In this document: one piece after another, positions 26,501 through 32,520 of the stretch
How the letters are laid out: the number at the start of each line of letters is the position of its first letter
Position numbering within the stretch: position 1 is the first letter of the stretch
IMG/VR virus record: IMGVR_UViG_3300010297_000029
Location: 1-34,608 of that record
Reading direction: 5' to 3' (one strand)
Length of the DNA stretch: 34,608 bases
DNA from: a virus
Taxonomy: Duplodnaviria; Caudoviricetes
Notes under the pieces: model-generated
Databases searched by the model: none
The model's input: only the letters and a program-made list of their open reading frames with translations
What the model was told of the DNA's origin: nothing
Translations under genes and position numbers: made by a program

Positions 26501-28053
26501 TTTACTGATGATGCTTTAGATATACCTTTTCTTATCGTATACTTTACTGCAGTAGTATTAACTTGTGTTGTCAAGTTGATGTCAAACTCATAGTTGTCGG
26601 AAACTGCAATTACAAAAACATCGTACTGATTGCCATCACTTCCTTTTACAGTACCAATATCACCTAATGTAAAAATATGAGGGTCATACGTTCTAACCCT
26701 ATATTGGGCAGCACCATTTAATTTTAAGGCAACTTGCGTTAAAGATTCGATTTCATATTCTGGTGTTGCATTTAGAATCCATGAAGTGACATTATAATCT
26801 TCACTATCTTCTCCCAGAGATACAATTTGTATTTGGTCTCCCTCTTGGTAATAGTATGATTTATCTCTATCAAAAATCAGATCTCCTAAAACACCAGTAA
26901 CCTTAACTCTAATTTCACCATTTTCTGTTTTTGCATATGCATAATCTGTGGTTGTTATATCAGTGTTTAGTGGGATATCTAAAGGTGTCGTTAATCCAAA
27001 GAATTGAGTTGTGCTTTTTCCACTATATTCTATCTGATATTCAACGTCGTTATCAAAAAATACTAAAGTTCCTTCATTCTGAAAACTTAATGTCGAATCT
27101 ACATCAATATAAGTTTGCCCCGCTCCAACTGGATTTGTAACTTTTGTTTTTGGATGTACAGTAAAAATAAAAGTCTCAAGGTCTGGATTATAATCCAAAC
27201 TCATTTTATAATAAGTTTCATCTCCTCGGAACAATTCTTCTACATCGGTGATTGTACCTGATGCATTAGGAATAGTATCTGTTTCATCCTGAAACAGTGT
27301 TCTATTTACAAGATCTTGTGGGTCCCCCGATAGTGGTTTTACGACAAGATCTCTGGTTATTCTATAGTCAGCATCTGAAGGTTGAATGAGAAAATCTCTA
27401 GGTTTTACTACCTTTACATCGACACCCCAAATTAATCTAAACAACAAATCAAATGAGGAGTTTGCCCCTTTTGAAGCATAAAAATCCTTTAATCTTCCTA
27501 CTACCGATTTTTCATTGATCTCCTCATAAAATTGAATATTATCAAATCCAGGAGCATATTGACGCTTATATTTTTTATATAACTCAGCAATAAAAAGAGA
27601 ATGTAAATTAAATACTGCAGAACCAGATGAATGTTTACTCTTTAGAGTTTTTTCAAAACCTACACTCTTATCAATGTTATCGAAATATGAATTAATTCCA
27701 ACAAATCCACGAACACATCCAACAAAGGTATTTTCTGTTTTAGTATCATACCTTATAATTTCATCATCAATTTGAATAAGACCATCTCTGGGTGGAAATC
27801 CTGCAGTATCTGATACTGATATTGTTGATCCAGTAAAACCAATATCAGAAGTTAATTCTGTAGAGTATACTATCTCCGATATATTGGTTAACTGGGTATA
27901 CTCATCAATATTATTAATAATATCTAGAGGAGATCCAGGACTTTCTAAGTCTCTGTAATATGTGCGTAAGAATTCTACAAATTCTGGATAAGAATCGGCA
28001 ACGTACTCGGGAACCTGATCTTGAACTAGGTTTTGTATTTTTACTCTATCCAT
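14551..28053 (-). CDS. gp7: Giant baseplate wedge initiator (T4 gp7-like), 4500 aa, multi-repeat
   Basis: N-terminal QVPEYV..YPEFVEFL..YY and FYASKG..SFDLLFR, plus RVHDNDYYQYFSYAI..HTSGFKKFS. Located between gp6 and gp8; single uninterrupted ORF. Confidence 0.85.
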   Translation of the reverse strand: MDRVKIQNLVQDQVPEYVADSYPEFVEFLRTYYRDLESPGSPLDIINNIDEYTQLTNISEIVYSTELTSDIGFTGSTISVSDTAGFPPRDGLIQIDDEIIRYDTKTENTFVGCVRGFVGINSYFDNIDKSVGFEKTLKSKHSSGSAVFNLHSLFIAELYKKYKRQYAPGFDNIQFYEEINEKSVVGRLKDFYASKGANSSFDLLFRLIWGVDVKVVKPRDFLIQPSDADYRITRDLVVKPLSGDPQDLVNRTLFQDETDTIPNASGTITDVEELFRGDETYYKMSLDYNPDLETFIFTVHPKTKVTNPVGAGQTYIDVDSTLSFQNEGTLVFFDNDVEYQIEYSGKSTTQFFGLTTPLDIPLNTDITTTDYAYAKTENGEIRVKVTGVLGDLIFDRDKSYYYQEGDQIQIVSLGEDSEDYNVTSWILNATPEYEIESLTQVALKLNGAAQYRVRTYDPHIFTLGDIGTVKGSDGNQYDVFVIAVSDNYEFDINLTTQVNTTAVKYTIRKGISKASSVNNPELNIFSANVSNVYIDGSDRNIVSNSLPDYYNTPITIQDLSAVFSGQFDGFDINIGANAFITGDAVYYDYNNNIGLDIPEGQYFIYKVNASTVRLATSRSNIRSGIFIKVFGTVFNNKFQLLKFKDRVIKSQSLVRKIGKPQPYDNYEETITSPGNIGMFVNGVELLNYKSPDTLYYGEIQEIVVSSPGDKNYDVISPPILTIDDNIGIGNSIFGTGAEGLCNVRGSLTRIDIIDKGFDYVEEPKVTISGGNGTGAEAKCKLSKTTHSVSFNAGSLYDNVNISDNTIGFSTYHKFRNYEKILYSSQSQTEIGGLVNDAIYFVETIDERTIKLYNTADDAIVGFNTVSFTAYGDGLQKITSFEKKNVISSIEVINGGSNYTNKTLFFNKNHVNVYRNTIKYPNHGYSNKEIVRISSDDTLPTGISSTSEYYVNVVDKDRFRLAEYVSVGIGSTLQSDFNYVNKRFVDFEDGGTGVHALRYRPIEVKLEAPIGVTTTAGQNFSAVISPIFTGEIFSVSLSNNGKDYGDANILNYNRQPNIQLNSGVNAQLTPIVSAAGRIIGVIVNNQGTGYNSPPKIEILGSGSGAVLTPVLQDGKLVEVKIIESGFGYKQVDTILNVVPTGSGATFSAKIKSWTINVVERIIQAEKIDPDDGIITSALTSDAGLQYTHGYLGRELRRKLLATSLDNAGNTIYRDDIDNDSNSTKYHSPIVGWAYDGHPIYGPYGYADKEGGAIRRLNSGYSLILPPNRPPTGSFPAGIFIEDYQYVGDGDLDIHNGRYCKTPEFPNGIYAYFCTINSTPEASGPLNGYLKPVFPYAIGESFKSKPVSFNFDQFSSLQYVDINESGWVRYTGKLGLLRNRTAYSGFLQPDQFAEGFTEIRSVTPGTVTELKLVAPGDNYSLSDSVFFDNTETSGSGAYARISELQGKTVTNIEYQFDLLESVQFAPSISDGRFIGIGSTNHNFSNGDIVSIQNLNILSTEFANSYNVGVTTNNLTLSNAVGDATSTGIVTYFNVSGNLLFPSLSVNDIYAIGDENVKILNVYKDDSRIRVERALNGISDPYEAGSILRERPRKIIVNTGFKTTTEYALDTEYYFNPTESTIIPSENLILYSDPVPPTLVSAWDYYTVGVGTGSVSYYAATSPNNTNSVAKVSFGSTTGSSDGFGLEYSSVSLSATDHVISVFLKGDVGGEVVYIIIDDGLAFYSSQVTLTNTWRRYSFTAFTGSGAHTLKIGTYGPQGLTLNASPTIYVWGAQIETGILRSSYYRTNGSAISRAAKQSGLLYRSNAGVTENKIVTTTPNTIYLPSHGFKTGDLLTYNVGAGFTGIKVSTGSSEFPLEDKVNLYAAVYDSNFIGISTQKVGVGSTGQFVGVGSEGILIYELVDYGTGEIHSFSTNNPNTIVGDVYKKFAKVTTNASHGLTDGDNVTVNVISGIQTSITITYDDLNRRLLVNPKSFIDSAVNIDRNSITLPNHGFKNGSKVIYNSPSPSVGLENAKIYYVVVLDDNTVSLSEYFYDVISSDENVQLINIETQSLGTLSEINPEVFCYRNSTVIFDLSDQTLAANSLPSFNFFLYTDENFTDEFFTTETNLGEFNVKTSGIIGEPGAKLELIIDENVPSTLYYNLEPIRYNGAAASKLEIISDVFNIKNANKLTIGSSKYNLKQKVTGITSTTFNYSLIDTPEKSSYGQTEAIIRYNTTSLSAIGPVAKVSLDSVGRSYRKLPNIAEIVSIGGTGAIFLPASNNLGQVDDVVLTDIGFDYPSDKTLNPAAQFPYTYKIEPLSKFKEIKIINPGINYFVPPQLIVLDGFTGRVNTEASLKYDIGDTEVSIIRNTSGLYNVTPVILPINNPNGIRIDDITYDPGNYNVTIGFAVTFSSESDYPFKVGDKVIVENTNIDATINGTGYNSSDFGYALFTLTAVDANIGGEVPTITYNLKDYLKPGQVPGNFDSFDSFGTVTPESYFPTFDIELEKDSFRTGEFIVAQDDNRGVVQFYDFRNEYLRVRSKIPFKVDDLIIGQSSQNQGLISSVDGIPAKYTISSNSITKKGFLRDTGKLNSAFQRVHDNDYYQYFSYAIRSSIDYSDWNPLVSSLNHTSGFKKFSELVIDSYDPSIVGLQTAQDLNVLVAISDLTQVVDLNTVRDFDIGREKSIDVTGSLVSNEILFNLPFLAQYQEFIGNRVLAIDDFSDQFNGVKRDFEIFSDNNKVFEITFDGSSAAKVSVGEGTLDITNHYFVSGELIEYVPPGNDFANAIQISLTDFGPGIGTTSFLPSQFYIIKQDNQKVRVATSATNALLFNPIGVGLTGVGIGTTHIFRAIEPNNRMLVTINGTIQSPMVGTAYTVALSSNVGIGSTIFNMVGVTSIFGGDLVRFEDEVILVAAVDDVTNTLTVRRGWMGTDDVAHTSGTVGTKQVGNFNVINNDLHLIEGPWGNIPVGLGTTAQNSGEIDYTGLTTSSRFSGRIFLRSALSQAFTTSFTRAYDNNYVYDDISNQFNGINTSFYLKYDGNDIDNISAQNTIILIDDIFQGPQRLGNVLTNIEGDYKLEGGGGQLLLGFNGEVTDPSNHNDINVNRVPRGGVIVSVASKAGYGYQPLVSAGGTAVVSAAGTISAISIGNTGSGYRSGLQTVSVGIETASYGAANITPIGIATVVDGHVVGVAITNSKVFYAPREVANIGYSSITGITTVTTTTPHNLSLGDEVQVVGAAFTCDYYPPLDVTNALYDNLTGIMTVSVGGATTLTVTNFLYDSSTGLSTITTLEPHKIVPQTAIGRSFSLAGLALTCVGYGQTFGVYDFTYDNTTGLATVFTVGDHGLTNGETFKMRELTFSCPVGGPTGYGQTFTITQFKYDNTTGLATVTTSASFIGVIGIGSDVRLDNLEFTCPGGSGITTTIFPDGTQGYTFTVSNIIASDQFELNVGVSTIQHTYVENDAGQVTAGLTTSVFPDGTQGYFFDVVTVGTTTSFTVNVGPSTISHTYVSGGVIQVGINTNIFPGDPTVSPLGDTFSVLSAPNMYTLTFNAGISTIPHEYVSGGSLTLGHKLKVGTDVILTGLAFTCSYDGGVGILTHPRVTDPTYCGTQVTRINTLYDFEINVGVTTAESFYNSGGIVEEIILAPRQINNSPTGQDPAANGTAVTKIEDEYTFIINSGPSPYTHAYKRCGTVTRPLDVVFDAPLTYYNVPLVYHPDDVGFGTGATVDLVPSKDSTILNFEINNFGYGYGSGERLTVAIGGTVGIPTFATLTSNAVTPVFDGANYYSVTDATYDPVSGESILTIGIHTLTTANTVRIANESLLFRCASDSYSAILAYPRPGIDNNIANQDVGITSYTSDTITVFAGPSPVGKQFPHTFVGLATYRPFELTVDRTFQSKFSGWNVGEFIVLDEIDPFFNGQRRLFPLSVNGESISFFAKANSGINLQSNLLVFVNDILQTPGEGYQFNGGSTLRFTEAPKGGISGFSTTGDKAKIFMYTGTQSIDVRTVDVLPSVEIGDEVQLYSNDDTTFTQDPRLVMDIKAADKVITNNYAGQGVTLNELFERPLSWSKQTVDKIIDNNFIGKDRVYYEPIINPLTNIISNIGIADSSVYVYSIRPLFDDPFEGISVQDRSIIEIVSGEDLVTATAEAVIGAGGSISNILITNPGYGYTSAPEVTIQKPYGDGTQAIAGVTIGAGGSIATATVSAGGTNYYYGPLKSMTLKQQGSGFPPVDTQTNFFRSARLKTESGIGYGAVADIEISTLNFNVASFTVLEGGTNYQQGDTLFVDTYDNVGLATTSRKWALAAPIKFTVLDIEPPEVLIAPPKRGPEECQFVTYQGDYGIVVGVGTTTIGAGTSIGVTLDLFIPFDSEIRESLSITMSGITTGDLFNLTRTNFVSAAQTSLSADGSAIGISTINADMMYECIDWYMKDSIIPAGITGLASTVGFGTTVTTVVVALQSAGSNNVVGLATTAYYGEYTWGKVGLPVRTGNKSWTAVHGTSQVGILTNPTIRRKNPLKYLGYLN
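17044..18510 (-). repeat. Nested protein repeat cluster in gp7 (YDxxTG..H..G..FTC halves and FPxGxxG..NVGxSTIxHxY halves)
   Basis: Visible in the translation. Includes an exact 20-bp direct repeat CCTTGAGTACCATCTGGGAA at 17681-17700 and 17831-17850. Confidence 0.85.
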
Positions 28054-28056
28054 ATT

Positions 28057-29967
28057 TTATAACCTTACGTAATCTCCGTTTAAGTAGCTCGATGATACTA
28101 TGTATTGTGATCCTGAGAGGTCAACTCCAGATGATATGGTATCTGATACCATATTGACAATTGACTTTGAAGTATCTAATTGCAGATATAAATCTTGCAA
28201 TCCAATAATGTCATTTGATTGTGGTATGACTGATACCTCAACAATATCGTCACCAAATTTTTTCTTCGCGGTAGAAACAATGTTGACGGCATTAACCCTT
28301 ATTTCACCTCTTACATAATCTATAGTTCCAAAATCTTTTCTTATAATAATTGGTTGATTTTTTGCATCTAATCTGAATAAAAAGATACTACCAGTCTCAA
28401 AATCATGATTTGGTAAATCACTTAGGTACACAGTGCCTACAATACCCTCAACTTGCAATCCACTAGTTCTTATATTGTATCCATATGTGGACTTGATATG
28501 AATTCTATTACCAAAACAAATTTCATATTCTGCAAAAATTCCAGGTGGAGAGACTTTTACGTCTCTTCTTAAGTATACTGTTGTAATGTTTGATGTAATT
28601 GCTGCAGATGAGTCATCAATAAGTTTTAAAAATTTACTGTATTTAAATCTAGAACCATATCTATTTAACTCATCAGAAGAAGCATAAAATTGAATATTTT
28701 TTTGAACTTCTTCTTTTATTTGAGAATCAACTCCTAAATTTCTGTTATAATAAACATTTGAAATATACTCAATATATAAGTATTTCAAATCAATAAATTC
28801 TGGAATAATTCCAGCAACAGAGTAACTTCTAAGTAGTGTTTTTATATTATCTTTTACAATATTTGGTATATAATCTCCATTTTTGGGTTTAATTGATATA
28901 AAGACTTTTCCGTATCTGGGTGGGAACAATTCTTCTCCACCATATACAGAGACCGAATCTGTCTCTGGATATAATGTGGGTATCAGTGCCTCATAGTCTG
29001 CGGCAGTAACTGCTCTGTTCTGAGATGCATAGACTCTCGGTGCTAGTTTTTTAATAGACTCTACAGACTCAATTGGAGATCCATATCCAGCACCCTCAAG
29101 AACGTTTAGTAGAGGTGCATTAACTTTTACAGGACTACCGTTATTATCAAAAAGTCTTCCAGTAAAAGTAAACTGATTGATTCCATTTCCATTCTCAGCA
29201 TTAGTTACGACATAGGTTGCAATGATAAAATTGCCATTTTGTAACTTGCTTCCAAAAGTACCATCCCCAAAAATTAGTTCATATCGCTGATCTTCTATTT
29301 CATTAATAAAGAATACATCATCAGTTCTAGATACATTAACTAAATTTGATGCTTGTTTATAATATCTTGTAATGTTGCTGTTTTTACTCTCTCTAACTTC
29401 TACTCTTATTAGACTAGTGTCTATTCTTGGATTCTGTAATATAAATCTTTGATTCTTATTCTTACTATCTACTGTGAAGGTATTCTGTATGTACGCACCT
29501 TCATAGATCTCTACATCCTCAAATGTTGCAGTTGCTGCCGACACAGGCACTGTAATGTCTTCTGGAATAGAATACACATAACTTCTTCCGCCATAATTTG
29601 CCGATGAAGTTGCAACAATACCTCTTCTCAATGTAATTGATACGGGGTTTGTTGAGAATGTAGTTAAGTCTAAAGTAAAACGAATTTTTGCTCTTGATGC
29701 TGTAACTGATCTTGGAAGATACCCAAGATTTCTTGCTAATGATACAACATTCTCTCTAATTGTTGCACCATCCAAAAACACTTCATTGGTCAACATATTA
29801 GCATTATATGCACTTATATAAGTGTTATATGCTAACGTATCTAAAAGAACCGTGAAGTTTGATCCTTCAAAGTCGTAGTCAGTAAAGCTTCCATCTGCTT
29901 TGAGGTAAGCTTTTATTGACTCTTTTATATTAGTAAAGTCTAGATCTGCTACGTTGACTATTGACAT
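28057..29967 (-). CDS. gp6: Baseplate wedge subunit (T4 gp6-like)
   Basis: LDFTNIKESIK.YL, FTDYDFEGSN, LLDTLAYNTY, FLDGATIRENVVSLA, FGDGTFG, QNRAVTAADY. Confidence 0.95.
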   Translation of the reverse strand: MSIVNVADLDFTNIKESIKAYLKADGSFTDYDFEGSNFTVLLDTLAYNTYISAYNANMLTNEVFLDGATIRENVVSLARNLGYLPRSVTASRAKIRFTLDLTTFSTNPVSITLRRGIVATSSANYGGRSYVYSIPEDITVPVSAATATFEDVEIYEGAYIQNTFTVDSKNKNQRFILQNPRIDTSLIRVEVRESKNSNITRYYKQASNLVNVSRTDDVFFINEIEDQRYELIFGDGTFGSKLQNGNFIIATYVVTNAENGNGINQFTFTGRLFDNNGSPVKVNAPLLNVLEGAGYGSPIESVESIKKLAPRVYASQNRAVTAADYEALIPTLYPETDSVSVYGGEELFPPRYGKVFISIKPKNGDYIPNIVKDNIKTLLRSYSVAGIIPEFIDLKYLYIEYISNVYYNRNLGVDSQIKEEVQKNIQFYASSDELNRYGSRFKYSKFLKLIDDSSAAITSNITTVYLRRDVKVSPPGIFAEYEICFGNRIHIKSTYGYNIRTSGLQVEGIVGTVYLSDLPNHDFETGSIFLFRLDAKNQPIIIRKDFGTIDYVRGEIRVNAVNIVSTAKKKFGDDIVEVSVIPQSNDIIGLQDLYLQLDTSKSIVNMVSDTISSGVDLSGSQYIVSSSYLNGDYVRL

Positions 29968-30369
29968 TTATCGAGTTGGTAGTAATACGAATTGCAATTG
30001 TTGGGGTTGTGCATCAATACCCACGATATAGTATTTTATAGTGACTTCCATCAGATTTTCATCTGGATTTGGTACAACAAGCACTTCTTTTAAGTCAACT
30101 CTGGGTTCATTGAGTTTTATGACGTTTGTAATCTCGTCCCTTAATGAACTAGCAGCAAATAAGTCTATATTTTCAAATAATAATCTATTTACAGAACAAC
30201 CAAAATTTGGGGCAAAGAATTTTTCACCCCGAACAGTTAAAACTAAATTTTGTACAGAACGCGCAATAGCATAATCATTCTTTAATATAATTAAGTCTCT
30301 CGTTAAGGGATTTTTCCTCAACGTGAGACTTATATCTTTGAAACCCCTACTGACACGCTCTAAAGGCAT
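29968..30369 (-). CDS. gp25: Baseplate wedge / sheath initiator (T4 gp25-like), ~133 aa
   Basis: FKDISL, AIARSVQNLVLT.RGEKFF.P.FG, EPRV. Start placed at ATG 30369 (MPLERVS) rather than the track's 30408, because late-promoter boxes lie between the two. Confidence 0.9.
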   Translation of the reverse strand: MPLERVSRGFKDISLTLRKNPLTRDLIILKNDYAIARSVQNLVLTVRGEKFFAPNFGCSVNRLLFENIDLFAASSLRDEITNVIKLNEPRVDLKEVLVVPNPDENLMEVTIKYYIVGIDAQPQQLQFVLLPTR

Positions 30370-30371
30370 GA

Positions 30372-30406
30372 TATTTATCAAAAGTTTACCTGATGACTTA
30401 TTTATC
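30372..30406 (-). promoter_or_regulatory. Two tandem T4-type late promoter boxes (GATAAATA) upstream of gp25
   Basis: Plus-strand tatttatc at 30372-30379 and 30399-30406, at the head of the structural operon. Confidence 0.7.
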
Positions 30407-30420
30407 ACACTTATTTTGAG

Positions 30421-30639
30421 TTATTGGTGCCAACGCTCAACAAAATCGTCAAACCCACCAGCACCTCCACAGGGACGTTCCATACGATCTTCTGGAACTG
30501 GGTAAAGTTCTTCTTTTCTTTTGTTGCGATTGCGCTTTGACGCCATATTTAAGAGTCTATCACTGTCAGTTTCAGTGATGAGGGTCATTCCCTCTTCAAT
30601 AAAGTCAGTTGATTTATCAACTTCAAAGTGATTTCCCAT
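30421..30639 (-). CDS. Hypothetical protein, 72 aa
   Basis: ATG with AGGAG Shine-Dalgarno ~7 nt upstream; fits between neighbouring genes. Contains FIEEGMTLITETDSDR and C-terminal PCGGAGGFDDFVERWH. Confidence 0.8.
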   Translation of the reverse strand: MGNHFEVDKSTDFIEEGMTLITETDSDRLLNMASKRNRNKRKEELYPVPEDRMERPCGGAGGFDDFVERWHQ

Positions 30640-30691
30640 TTTTTGCTCCTGATTTGTTAGATCAGAACTTTTAGAGGGGTTGCTATCCCTA
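30640..30691 (-). promoter_or_regulatory. Candidate cis-regulatory RNA: two hairpins, the second sequestering the Shine-Dalgarno
   Basis: Minus strand AGGG-AUAGCAAC-CCCU CUAAAA G-UUCUGAU-CUAACAA-AUCAGGA-GC AAAAA AUG. Confidence 0.5.
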
Positions 30692-31393
30692 TTCAGCGTT
30701 AATGCACCGAGGATCGCATGGATTCATACCACAATTTTCGCAAATTTTATGTTCTTTTTCTGTTTTCCAAAAATATTCGTCAGTATCGCCAAGTCTTCCC
30801 CAAGAAATTCCATTTTCAACCTGAAAAATGTGTGTAGATACCTTAAAATCAGGAGTTTTTGGAGTTTCTGGTGTAATAGAGAGGTCATACATTCTCATTC
30901 TATTGTTTGGATAGAGTCCAAACTGCCCATTTTCCAGTAAAATACAATTATGTGACTTATGTTCGTCTGGTTTTTCACTAACATTAGTGTCTATAATATC
31001 TATATCTGCATGGAAGTTGTCTAAAGTAAACAGATATTGACCTTTTAAGAACCCATGGTTGCGAGTAAACACCTCAAATTGCATTGTACTGATAAATTGC
31101 TTCTGAATGCAACGTATTCCATAGTCCATACAGTTCCAGAACTGTAGGTTAGGAAGGTCCAGATCGGGGTCTGGAAGCGTCTGTGCCGAGAGAAACGCGC
31201 TGATAGGTAGTTTATCATATATGGCACCATATTCTGGTAAATATGTCTCAAAATAAAAAGCACGTCCAGGTATGGACTTTGCCGATACCCAGACGCCTTC
31301 TACAAATTCACCAAATCCATCTTGAAAGTCTCTCAGATACTCTTTACGTACCCATACTTTTTGGGATGGAAGATTGGTGACTAATTGACTCAT
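30689..31393 (-). CDS. Marine T4-like phage hypothetical protein, 234 aa
   Basis: VWVRKEYL, GAIYDKLPISAF, LQFWNCM, YLFTLD, EHKSHN, NGQFGLYPNNR resemble a family common in cyanomyoviruses (recognised from memory). Function unknown. Confidence 0.85.
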   Translation of the reverse strand: MSQLVTNLPSQKVWVRKEYLRDFQDGFGEFVEGVWVSAKSIPGRAFYFETYLPEYGAIYDKLPISAFLSAQTLPDPDLDLPNLQFWNCMDYGIRCIQKQFISTMQFEVFTRNHGFLKGQYLFTLDNFHADIDIIDTNVSEKPDEHKSHNCILLENGQFGLYPNNRMRMYDLSITPETPKTPDFKVSTHIFQVENGISWGRLGDTDEYFWKTEKEHKICENCGMNPCDPRCINAE

Positions 31394-31395
31394 GC

Positions 31396-31542
31396 TTAAC
31401 CTTTACCTTGTCCGCGATAGCGTTTACGTTTTGCATTCCGAGAGCTTGCGGCATATTTGGTATGCTGCCCTGCTCCTTGCCGAGTTTTTTTGGGTTTTGA
31501 CTCGATGATTTTTTTGCCAGCAGATGATTTGAGCTTTGCCAT
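31396..31542 (-). CDS. Small, highly basic protein, 48 aa (below ORF-track cutoff)
   Basis: MAKLKSSAGKKIIESKPKKTRQGAGQHTKYAASSRNAKRKRYRGQGKG*. It packs with 2-nt gaps between both neighbours. Confidence 0.8.
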   Translation of the reverse strand: MAKLKSSAGKKIIESKPKKTRQGAGQHTKYAASSRNAKRKRYRGQGKG

Positions 31543-31544
31543 AA

Positions 31545-31712
31545 TTACTTAGATTCTTCAAAAAGTGGTTCAAGGTAAATGAGGGAAGGATCAATGTCCT
31601 CACCCTCATAGAATTTTTCAGAAAGATCTTGAAGTACCTCAGTGGCATCTTCAAGAGTGAGGTTTTGATATAACGCTCTGCCATTATAGCAGAGATTATA
31701 AAGGTTTTCCAT
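31545..31712 (-). CDS. Small acidic hypothetical protein, 55 aa
   Basis: MENLYNLCYNGRALYQNLTLEDATEVLQDLSEKFYEG... The ATG overlaps the upstream TGA (TGATG), indicating translational coupling. The track start at 31763 lies inside the upstream gene. Confidence 0.75.
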   Translation of the reverse strand: MENLYNLCYNGRALYQNLTLEDATEVLQDLSEKFYEGEDIDPSLIYLEPLFEESK

Positions 31713-32497
31713 CAGATGACGCGAATCTTCTCGTGACCAACGCGGATACGAGGATCGCACCAAGTCTCAACGCCTGCTTCTTTGGCATCAAGACAGAACG
31801 ACACGTCTTCGCCGCACATATCTTGAACATTACCAGATTCAAAGACTTGCATCTTAGGAGCGAACCAAGGATATTCGAGACGCTCAAAGACACCCTTACG
31901 AATCATAACCCAACCGAATCCTGTGTAGTCAACAGTGAAGGGTTTGCGACGCTTTGCCATGGACTCTACGGTCTCATGGTTCATAACACCACCGTTCTTA
32001 CGGAAGTCATCTTCTTCCAACCAGTGTGCCACGCTAGTGGTCATACCATCTTCGGTGGCGTACCAACCACATGCGATTTCTCGCTCAGGTTGCTCGTTTC
32101 CGTCTTTGTCTGTACCAGGAACTGCGAGATCGCACAGTTGCCAGAACTTCTCTGTATTGAATACAATGTCATTATCAATCCAAAGTTGATAATCATAATT
32201 CAGTTTGCCATCCCAGGGAATTTGCTTGGGACCGCGCAGAACATTCGCTCCAAGAACCTTGCAACGTGCAAAGTTAACCATCGACGAATAATCCTGAGAG
32301 ATTTGAATACTCATACCATTCTGTACAAGGTCAAATGCCAATTGTACAAAAGATTTGAGGAAGGTATAAGAGCAACTACGTCCAGGAAGACAGAACACAA
32401 TGCTCTTGCCTCGCATACGTGCTTTGATTGCATCATAGTCCCATGACTCTTTGGGTTGAGTGGGGGCAGATGCCTTAACAGTGAATCCTTTTGCCAT
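31712..32497 (-). CDS. Putative GT-A fold (GT2-like) glycosyltransferase, 261 aa
   Basis: DxD motif in LWIDNDIVF, TGFGWVMIRKGVFE, GEDVSFC and C-terminal VGH are typical GT-A signatures. Confidence 0.75.
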   Translation of the reverse strand: MAKGFTVKASAPTQPKESWDYDAIKARMRGKSIVFCLPGRSCSYTFLKSFVQLAFDLVQNGMSIQISQDYSSMVNFARCKVLGANVLRGPKQIPWDGKLNYDYQLWIDNDIVFNTEKFWQLCDLAVPGTDKDGNEQPEREIACGWYATEDGMTTSVAHWLEEDDFRKNGGVMNHETVESMAKRRKPFTVDYTGFGWVMIRKGVFERLEYPWFAPKMQVFESGNVQDMCGEDVSFCLDAKEAGVETWCDPRIRVGHEKIRVI

Positions 32498-32520
32498 GTG
32501 TTTAAAGTTTCTTCAGATCA

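Noticed and set aside
5399-28053. Intein/Hint domain, intron, frameshift or DGR target in the giant genes
   Set aside because: Both ORFs are uninterrupted. I saw no C...HN splice motifs, homing endonuclease, reverse transcriptase or adenine-variant repeat pair.
30370-30408. Track N-terminal extension of gp25 (MINKSSGKLLINI)
   Set aside because: The region contains late-promoter boxes, and the conserved-looking sequence starts at MPLERVS.
2455-30505. Numerous 60-150-aa plus-strand and off-frame ORFs within structural genes
   Set aside because: They lie over well-supported minus-strand genes, lack recognisable motifs, and are expected from codon bias.
31424-31893. Track ORFs 31424..31684 and 31696..31893
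   Set aside because: They overlap better-packed 48-aa, 55-aa and GT genes in other frames.
31733-32446. 237-aa antisense ORF over the glycosyltransferase
   Set aside because: It is long but codon-aligned with the sense gene in a GC-richer stretch, with no motif or expression signals.
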